Shown here: one piece after another, positions 57,097-64,000 of the stretch
Layout: each line of letters begins with the position of its first letter
Position numbering within the stretch: position 1 is the stretch's first letter
Source of the DNA: an uncultured Gammaproteobacteria bacterium
Lineage (GTDB): Bacteria; Patescibacteriota; Patescibacteriia; Magasanikbacterales; GWA2-37-8
Assembly: GCA_964511375.1 (NCBI GenBank)
Contig: CAZEEW010000002.1
Location: 36,157 to 100,156, forward strand
Length of the DNA: 64,000 nt
Reading direction: 5' to 3'
The notes under the pieces: generated by a model
Databases searched by the model: none
The model's input: only the letters and a program-made list of their open reading frames with translations
Told to the model about the DNA's origin: nothing
Translations under genes and position numbers: made by a program

Positions 57097-59652
57097 ATGA
57101 TTGAATTTGGCCCTAAACCGGAGGGGCTAAAGATAGAAGCAAAAGAGCAAGAAAGGGTTAATGATGTCGCTCGGGTTTTTTTAGTTACAACCAGAACCTC
57201 AAGAGAGTTAACGCCCGATTATATCGAAGATCTAGGTGGTTTATCCCAAGTATTTTTAACAACTGGTTTATGGCTGGAAAAAGGGGAGGGTAGCGTTAAT
57301 GAGGGGCAGGTGATGCCAGTCGGTGGTAACAGAAAACTGAGGAAAAACGGTGAACCCGCAGAATCACTAAGAGCAACCGCCAGCCGCGAAAGTCGAGAAG
57401 AAGCCAGGTTAAATGTGGAGGAAAGCAGCCTCAAGGAATTGGGAGACGTTAAATATGTCATTGACCATCCTACAAAAGGGAGGTTAAAAATTAAGAGTCA
57501 TTATTATTTGGGTCGAATAAGCCCTCACGACGAAGCGCGTCAGTTGTATGAAGATGAAGACAAGATTCGCAATTTTTTACGGTTAGATGCACTCGGCCAT
57601 GCCACGTTGATGGGAGGGGTACGAGTAGACCAGAGGACAGAAGATGAATTCAAAGGGTGGGTCCGTGATCCCAGATTATTAGACAGTCTACAAAGTCCAT
57701 CCTTACCTAGTCGACCAAATTTATTGCCGACAAAAAATAAAGTGGCCCAAGCAGTTTTTGTAAACCCGGGTGAGGACAAGACCTTGACCACTGAAGAGAA
57801 AAAGAAGGCTGAAATAGAGTATGACGAGTCAGTACGCACCTTACAGATGAACTTAATGGTCGAGATGCAAAAGATCGAGGCAGATACAAAGCTTGCTATT
57901 TTAAGGGCTTTTTTAAGAAATTACCCACCAGAATCTGAGGAGTTAGAATACCAAAAGTTTGCACAGTTATTAAATAATAATGATGAAGAAGTATTAACCC
58001 CGGGCATCGTTGTTGGCGATCTTTGGCCTGGGATGATTAGATACCTTGAAAAAAGATATTCTAAGAGCGTGATACGCAAAAAATTTTACGAAGAGTTGGA
58101 CAAACAAAATTTAAATTTTGATGTTGAAGCAGCGGAGTCGCCGGCGGAAATTGTAATTAGATCAGTGTACACTCTCCTTGAATCTCATAATTTTTCGGGC
58201 GAATATTTTACGAGCAGTCGCCCAGAAATGAAAAAATTTGTTGAATCTATTATGAGGTTTATTGACGATGTAATTAAAAAATACGGATTAACTAAGCCGA
58301 AAAGACTAGGTCTGGCTGAGAAAATGGGCTACGTCAAAGATCTATTGGAGGATGTGGCGGGCGAGCCTCGAAAATGCGAAAAAGTTGAACAGATGTTTGC
58401 TCGCGATTTGGATTTACCCGAGAGACAGCTGGTTGAATTTAGAAACTCAGTTAATAATTTCCTAGTAATAATGGCGAATAAGATTATTGAGCGTTATCAG
58501 AGGCTACATAAAGGTAAAGCTGTCGCGGTCGACCCCGATCCTTTAAACGATATTAAAGACGGTGCGTTAGTTGATGTGATAAATGTTGCTTTGCCCGATT
58601 CCAGCAAGGGTGTGCGGCGAGATTGGAAAGTGCGAGAAAAGGTAGGAGAAGAGGAAGACGCAAAAAATAATTTACGACGAAAAGTTTTTGAGGCTAGACG
58701 TCTAATCGCTCTTATGTACTCCTTAAATCGTAGCTTTGATTTTTATAATCGTACAATTCTTAATGGTCGCGCACCAGTTGAGCGTATTTTTACCAGTTTA
58801 ACCAGTGGTGCAGAACAACGAAGAAAAAGAATAAAAATTGCGCAAGGTAAAAAAGGTGGATATATTGAAAATGTTGAGATTTTAAGTAGCGATAAACAAA
58901 GGGAGGAAAATAGCAGCCCAGTTGTTCTGCGTCAGGCCAGAGGTGTTTTGGCTGAATTATCCCCGGGCTTAAAAATGGAGGTGGATTCCCATGTCAAAAC
59001 TTTGCCATCATTTTATCGCAAAATACTACAATTCCGATTTGATGACGACCCCTCTACAAAAGTGCAAGACATATACCGTCGCGCGCTTACTCTTGAAAAC
59101 AGTAGCTTAAAACGGGTCGTAATTTCTGAAAGAATGGGTAAATATATTGCCGACGGTAAATTTACCATGGTTGAACCAAGATCAAAATTACAGAAAACTG
59201 TCTCGGCGGACGAACCAGACTACGAAGATGCCTTAAACATTGCGGAAGCGATTTTAATCGAAGGAAATCAGCACCCTGGGCAGCAGGTAAGAGTCATCGA
59301 TTATCGTCCTTGTGCGGCTGAAGGTGCAGGTTATGAAAGTCCATTTGGATCAGGAAGAATTCGTTTCAGTAAGTTTACGATTGAGCATACGGACGAAAAA
59401 GGTAATAAACGCTACGAGGAAGTCCAAATATATTTCCCAACTAGCGACGGCAAAAGTGCCTTTTATTGGAAAGAATTAAAAAAACGCGATGATGAATTCT
59501 TTTTCTTCGATCGCATTTTAAAAAGTCCTTACGCTCATTCTTTGGCAGATTTACTATTCCCGCCACAAATCTATGGAGAACTAGTGCATTTAGTGCACTA
59601 TAAGGATAAACAACAAGAGCTAGAAGATTTGATGAGTTTAAAAATTGGATAG
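57097..59652 (+). CDS. Large (851 aa) hypothetical protein with degenerate Nudix-like N-terminal domain
   Basis: N-term VARVFLVTT…GLWLEKGEG…GGNRKLRKNGEPAESLRATASRESREEARL (E-x7-REUxEE remnant of Nudix box); remaining ~700 aa unmatched. Confidence 0.5.
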   Translation: MIEFGPKPEGLKIEAKEQERVNDVARVFLVTTRTSRELTPDYIEDLGGLSQVFLTTGLWLEKGEGSVNEGQVMPVGGNRKLRKNGEPAESLRATASRESREEARLNVEESSLKELGDVKYVIDHPTKGRLKIKSHYYLGRISPHDEARQLYEDEDKIRNFLRLDALGHATLMGGVRVDQRTEDEFKGWVRDPRLLDSLQSPSLPSRPNLLPTKNKVAQAVFVNPGEDKTLTTEEKKKAEIEYDESVRTLQMNLMVEMQKIEADTKLAILRAFLRNYPPESEELEYQKFAQLLNNNDEEVLTPGIVVGDLWPGMIRYLEKRYSKSVIRKKFYEELDKQNLNFDVEAAESPAEIVIRSVYTLLESHNFSGEYFTSSRPEMKKFVESIMRFIDDVIKKYGLTKPKRLGLAEKMGYVKDLLEDVAGEPRKCEKVEQMFARDLDLPERQLVEFRNSVNNFLVIMANKIIERYQRLHKGKAVAVDPDPLNDIKDGALVDVINVALPDSSKGVRRDWKVREKVGEEEDAKNNLRRKVFEARRLIALMYSLNRSFDFYNRTILNGRAPVERIFTSLTSGAEQRRKRIKIAQGKKGGYIENVEILSSDKQREENSSPVVLRQARGVLAELSPGLKMEVDSHVKTLPSFYRKILQFRFDDDPSTKVQDIYRRALTLENSSLKRVVISERMGKYIADGKFTMVEPRSKLQKTVSADEPDYEDALNIAEAILIEGNQHPGQQVRVIDYRPCAAEGAGYESPFGSGRIRFSKFTIEHTDEKGNKRYEEVQIYFPTSDGKSAFYWKELKKRDDEFFFFDRILKSPYAHSLADLLFPPQIYGELVHLVHYKDKQQELEDLMSLKIG

Positions 59653-59659
59653 GCAATCT

Positions 59660-61033
59660 TTACTGGTTAACTACTTTCTCCACGACTTCTTGAACATTTT
59701 TTATAGGGGCAAGTTTGAGACCAACTGCTTTTCCGTATTTTGATCCAGTTGGGAATACAGCAAATTCAAAACCCATATTCTTTATTTCGTTTAATCTTTT
59801 ATCGGTCTGGTTCACACTCCTTACCTCGCCACCTAAACCCACCTCGCCAAAGGCAGCGAGGTTTTTTGGTAAAGTCTTATTTTTTATACCTGAAGCAATA
59901 GCGAGAACAACTGCCAGATCGGCTGCTGGCTCATCCGCTTGCAGGCCGCCAACTACATTTAGAAATACATCGTAGGAGTCTAAGGGTAGGCCGGCTCGAC
60001 GGGAGAGTACGCCAATTAATACCTGAAGGCGGTTTAAATCAAAGCCTGATGCGCGTCGCTGCGGATACCCAAAGTTCGTTTTGGTTACCAAGGCCTGTAC
60101 TTCAACCAGAATAGGCCGTGTTCCTTCTAATAAACAAGTAATAACACTACCCGGAACATTATCACCGCGTTCAGCTAGAAACACAGCAGAAGGGCTTTTA
60201 ACTTCTTTGAGGCCGTTTTCTTCCATCGAAAACACTCCCACTTCGTCTATCGAGCCGAAACGATTTTTAGCGGCCCTTAAAATTCGGTGTTCATGGAATC
60301 GATCTCCTTCAAGATAGAGAACAGTATCAACTAAATGCTCAAGTGTTTTCGGGCCAGCCACCAAACCTTCTTTTGTAACTTGACCGATAATGACCACAGT
60401 AACACTACTAGTTTTAGCTAGATCCATCAATTTAGTAGTGCAGGCGCGAACCTGGTTCACATTTCCTGGAGTGCCTTCAACTTCGTCAGTATACACAGTT
60501 TGGATAGAATCTACGATCACTAAGTTCGGACGGTCATTATTTTTTATCAAATCATTAATCGTGGCAATAATACTGTCAATATTTGTGGCACTGGCCAGTC
60601 GTAAATTAGTATAGGTTAATTTTAATCTTTCCGAACGCAGTTTAACCTGTTCAGCAGATTCTTCACCAGAAAAATATACACAGTTAGGTGAAGAGATGGC
60701 TATTTGTAAGGCTAAAGTAGATTTTCCAATACCCGGCTCGCCACCAAGTAAGATTAGAGAGCCAGGAACAATCCCGCCTCCCAATACCCGATCAAGTTCA
60801 CTGTTGCTGGTTGAAAATCTTTTAAAGTTTGCAGCCTTAATCTCTTTTAGAGCAGAGATTTTTAAAGCGGCGTGACTCTTTCCGTCAGAAGTTGAAGAAA
60901 AACGGATCTTTTCTTCAGGTTGTTCTTCAACAACTGTACCCCATTTTCCGCATTCTAGACACTTGCCCATCCATTTATGGAATTGGGCTCCACAGTTGGT
61001 ACAGGTAAATAGTTTATCAGCATTTTTAGGCAT
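59660..61033 (-). CDS. radA: DNA repair protein RadA/Sms
   Basis: N-terminal C4 zinc finger CTNCGAQF…CLECGKW, Walker A GGEPGIGKST, Lon-like C-domain. Confidence 0.92.
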   Translation of the reverse strand: MPKNADKLFTCTNCGAQFHKWMGKCLECGKWGTVVEEQPEEKIRFSSTSDGKSHAALKISALKEIKAANFKRFSTSNSELDRVLGGGIVPGSLILLGGEPGIGKSTLALQIAISSPNCVYFSGEESAEQVKLRSERLKLTYTNLRLASATNIDSIIATINDLIKNNDRPNLVIVDSIQTVYTDEVEGTPGNVNQVRACTTKLMDLAKTSSVTVVIIGQVTKEGLVAGPKTLEHLVDTVLYLEGDRFHEHRILRAAKNRFGSIDEVGVFSMEENGLKEVKSPSAVFLAERGDNVPGSVITCLLEGTRPILVEVQALVTKTNFGYPQRRASGFDLNRLQVLIGVLSRRAGLPLDSYDVFLNVVGGLQADEPAADLAVVLAIASGIKNKTLPKNLAAFGEVGLGGEVRSVNQTDKRLNEIKNMGFEFAVFPTGSKYGKAVGLKLAPIKNVQEVVEKVVNQ

Positions 61034-61034
61034 A

Positions 61035-62801
61035 TTAGTTTGGTCGGAATGTTTTAATCAATGGTTTCATTTTATCTCCGCAAGCAGTCTTTAGGCAAGT
61101 CTCACTGAGGCGTGCTGGTTTTCCAGCACTACCATTCAGTGTGATGGCCCATCCACTACTTGCATCACCATTTTTCCAGCCTAGAAACATACCGGTATGC
61201 AAACCAGACGAATAAACTGTTTTTTCACCAATCACTTGTCCCTTTTTATCCTTAATTTTTTTAATTGAAGTTACCCCCAGAGAGTTTGCGTTATATATCC
61301 AGTAAGAATCCCCTGGTTGCAACTCGTTTGCCCACTCGTCAGGCCAACCAGGAATTCCTGCCGCCCTGATACCGGCCGCGGCCTTTTTCATTGCCTCTTC
61401 TTGAGTCTTGCTGCACGTAGGGCAGTTATACTTTTCGCCGGTTGAAAGTACTATTTCTTTTGGAAGGGACTTCATCCCTCTAGCTGATTGTAAAATACTG
61501 CAGCCACCTTTAATAAATAAACATGATGGGTCGTAGGCGCCAGTATTAGCACGGGCAAGACGGTAAATAGTTCCAGCAGTTCTTCCACATGAACCAAAAT
61601 GCACGTTGCATTTTAGAGCTGCATCGGCGACTTGTTTAACTCTTTCTGCCACTGACCCGCCGGTTACAATCTTGCTAACGCTATTAAAGAATTCTTTATT
61701 TCGAGGTTCAGACTCTGGATGGCCTGAAGGATTAAACGGTGACGTTAGTGGTAATGGACAATCGGGATATGCTGAAGAATAACTTCCAGTGTAGGCAGGG
61801 GTTGCCACACTTCCCGTACTGGCGAACGAACCTGAATCAGAAATATTTGTAGTATCAAATTCAGTTGTTTGCATTTCCTCAAAAGCGGGGAGGTCCTCTT
61901 GCTCTATGTATAGGATTTTTAAGCTTTTAAATCTGACAAGCTCAGGGTTGATTGTATATAAAATAACGTATGATCCCCACATGACTATCAAGCCGATCAC
62001 CGCCTTTGTAATTCCTTTGTAGGCTTCGCTTTTGGCTGATCCACCAGCAGAAACAACTACCTTAGCTCCTTGGATTATTATCATTACCACAGCTACAATA
62101 CTAACTATACCCAAGGCAAAATTAAATATTGCTCCCATATATTCACCAATCCAGGGTATTAGGATAAAAGTACCTTCTGGTTCTTCTACAACATTTTTAC
62201 TTACGTCGCTAAAACCACCCGATAAAGTGGGGAGCTTAATATTAGTTTTAGGCTGGAATAGTTCAATGTCAGATTTAATTACTGGGAGCTGGTTCGCCTG
62301 ACTTTGTTGGTAAAATGCAAATGACTGCTCAGTTAGATAACAACTTCCACCCATACATTTATTATTTGGGTCAGTACCTAAAACACGACATAAGGTATCA
62401 TCATCTTGTTCAGCATCATTTTTGCATTCTTTGGTAGATTTTTTTAAACACAAGCCGCCGGTGTTTGGAGCATTGTTACACAGCTCACCAACTGCACAGA
62501 TAACCTGACCGCAGGTATGTGCGGTTGGTGCCTTGCAGATTTTTGTAGTGCCACTTTGTAATAAACACGTTAATCCACTACGGCAATCTGAGGTGTACTG
62601 GCAGACTGCACCTTCACCGCCTGGTGGTTGGCAAGTGTGCCCGGCAATTGCTGAACATATAAGAGCCGGTAGACAATCTGAAGTGTCTTGACACTGATCA
62701 CCCGTGCTTCCAACTGCCAAGACCTGGGCCGGTAAGAGAAAGAGTATTGAAAATAATACCCCTAAACTTGATGCTGCGATTTTATTTTTAAATAGATTCA
62801 T
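61035..62801 (-). CDS. Secreted Cys-rich surface protein (paralog 1) with two-TM hairpin module and C-terminal CHAP/NlpC-P60-like putative peptidoglycan peptidase domain; start taken at MNLFKNK signal peptide (ORF extends to 62873)
   Basis: Signal peptide; ~20-Cys module; hairpin AIFNFALGIVSIVAVVMIIIQGAKVVVSAGGSAKSEAYKGITKAVIGLIVMWGSYVIL; C-terminal Cys (GSCGRTAGTIY) … His (GLHTGMFLGW) pair. Confidence 0.6.
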   Translation of the reverse strand: MNLFKNKIAASSLGVLFSILFLLPAQVLAVGSTGDQCQDTSDCLPALICSAIAGHTCQPPGGEGAVCQYTSDCRSGLTCLLQSGTTKICKAPTAHTCGQVICAVGELCNNAPNTGGLCLKKSTKECKNDAEQDDDTLCRVLGTDPNNKCMGGSCYLTEQSFAFYQQSQANQLPVIKSDIELFQPKTNIKLPTLSGGFSDVSKNVVEEPEGTFILIPWIGEYMGAIFNFALGIVSIVAVVMIIIQGAKVVVSAGGSAKSEAYKGITKAVIGLIVMWGSYVILYTINPELVRFKSLKILYIEQEDLPAFEEMQTTEFDTTNISDSGSFASTGSVATPAYTGSYSSAYPDCPLPLTSPFNPSGHPESEPRNKEFFNSVSKIVTGGSVAERVKQVADAALKCNVHFGSCGRTAGTIYRLARANTGAYDPSCLFIKGGCSILQSARGMKSLPKEIVLSTGEKYNCPTCSKTQEEAMKKAAAGIRAAGIPGWPDEWANELQPGDSYWIYNANSLGVTSIKKIKDKKGQVIGEKTVYSSGLHTGMFLGWKNGDASSGWAITLNGSAGKPARLSETCLKTACGDKMKPLIKTFRPN

Positions 62802-62802
62802 A

Positions 62803-64000
62803 CTAGTGATAAAACTTCGGGAATGGGCACTTGTTATACATTTCAATCGCCCGATCAACTGACGCCTCACCAAGGCCCATACAGAACCACATCGCTTTTA
62901 GATCGCGATTAGCATGAGCTGTTTGACAGTCTTTCCTTTTGAATTTTTGTAAATGCCAATCCATCAAAGCACGAGTAGAACCCTCAATGTTGAGTAAATC
63001 AGTAACGGTATAAAAATGTTCACCAAATTGTATAGCCCACTCATCGCCATTCGGTCCTTTGACTTTAATAGGCCTTTTGGCTGGATTAATTGTAATTTGT
63101 CGAAGTCCCAAACCCTTCGAAAAACGCCAGTCATAACCGTAATCTGGCGGTTCGTTTTTCTTCGGATTCTTTGTAAAGTCACCAGTGCCGGGAGCGTCAT
63201 TCATAATTTTGTAGCCATCTGGAGTGCGCGCATCGTTATGACAGTGGGTGTAGTTAACGTTTGGATCCGGAAGTTTAACTAATTTGTCTTTGGGGTAGGG
63301 GTTAAGTTTGCTTGAACAGTCAGACGTATCCGGTCCCCATAAATCTTTGGTATCAAATGTTTTGCCTGAATATTTTACACCAGACATTATGAATTGACGG
63401 CGGGCAGCGATTTTCGCTGGACGGCCTTTTCTATCTGTTGTTTTGGCGACGTTTTCATCTATGCCGACGCGTTGTACCGATCGAGATTCTTTACGTACGC
63501 CTGCCCAGAGGAAGCAGCGATCTAGCTTGGACCCGTCAGGCAGAGTAGCAGCATCGGCTAATCCGGCAATTTGGGCGTCAGTTAGTGTTCCGTCTGGTCC
63601 AGTGTTTGCAGCATGAGTGAAATTATCTGAAAATGTAACCGGAACTATATTGCCACTGAAAACCGTTGTGTCATCCCAAGTGTTGTCCTCATTTATTTCT
63701 ATTTCGTCAACTTCAATCGGGTCAATGTATTGGATTTTTAAAGCCTTGAATTTTACTAAATCCGGATTGATTGTATAGAGTAGAGCGTAGGATATCCAAA
63801 GAATGGAAAGACCAATCGCAATCTTTGTTACCTTTTTATACGCCTCACTTTTACCCGAGCCGCCAGCTGAAACTACGACTTTGGCACCCTGGACAATAAT
63901 CATAACGACTCCGACGATGCTTGCTACAGCCAAGCCGAAATTATAAATTCCGGCCAGATATTCGCCGACCCAGGGCAGATGGAGGTAACCTTCTTCGTCA
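62803..64000 (-). CDS. Paralog 2 of the surface protein (5' end beyond window): same two-TM module + C-terminal lytic-transglycosylase (SLT)-like domain
   Basis: Frame stays open to window end (…LPWVGEYLAGIYNFGLAVASIV…); shared hairpin VVMIIVQGAKVVVSAGGSGKSEAYK…; SLT-like ES (VRKESRS) and GLGLRQI motifs; stop 1 nt before paralog 1 start. Confidence 0.55.
   Translation of the reverse strand, partial: DEEGYLHLPWVGEYLAGIYNFGLAVASIVGVVMIIVQGAKVVVSAGGSGKSEAYKKVTKIAIGLSILWISYALLYTINPDLVKFKALKIQYIDPIEVDEIEINEDNTWDDTTVFSGNIVPVTFSDNFTHAANTGPDGTLTDAQIAGLADAATLPDGSKLDRCFLWAGVRKESRSVQRVGIDENVAKTTDRKGRPAKIAARRQFIMSGVKYSGKTFDTKDLWGPDTSDCSSKLNPYPKDKLVKLPDPNVNYTHCHNDARTPDGYKIMNDAPGTGDFTKNPKKNEPPDYGYDWRFSKGLGLRQITINPAKRPIKVKGPNGDEWAIQFGEHFYTVTDLLNIEGSTRALMDWHLQKFKRKDCQTAHANRDLKAMWFCMGLGEASVDRAIEMYNKCPFPKFYH

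Noticed and set aside
1-64000. Transposases, integrases, prophage structural genes, CRISPR-cas, rRNA operons
   Set aside because: No DDE/tyrosine-recombinase motifs, no direct-repeat arrays and no rRNA-like conserved stretches were seen. The only mobile-element-like gene is the LAGLIDADG endonuclease.

Overview
This 64-kb window comes from a low-GC (~40%) bacterial chromosome with CPR/Patescibacteria-like traits: a tightly packed ribosomal-protein cluster lacking L30, a zinc-ribbon type-Z S14, almost no Shine-Dalgarno motifs, and a small repair-centred gene set. Content: tgt, uvrD, rpsL-rpsG-fusA, then ~8.8 kb of accessory genes before tuf, followed by the S10/spc cluster through secY-adk-map-ruvX-recO. 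Further along are asnS, a stand-alone LAGLIDADG homing endonuclease touching tRNA-Leu, parAB, rel, topA, folC-like, dprA, pth, der, an LCP protein, two tRNAs, an ECF sigma module, recG, an 851-aa orphan protein and radA. The window ends in two tandem paralogous cysteine-rich surface proteins with predicted cell-wall-hydrolase C-terminal domains. The most unusual signal is five short GC-rich islets (~60-65% GC). Each sits in an intergenic gap just beyond a hairpin and encodes a small ORF behind a strong GGAG(G) ribosome-binding site, which native genes lack. Other points of interest: a frameshifted third copy of an ABC-2 permease, a PlsC-HAD fusion, a class III nucleotidyl cyclase, a 357-bp structured gap between rpsJ and rplC, duplicated terminators flanking an NTase-like gene, and a perfect 16-bp palindrome. 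No CRISPR array, rRNA, transposase or integrase was seen. All functional calls come from motif recognition by eye; no searches were run.
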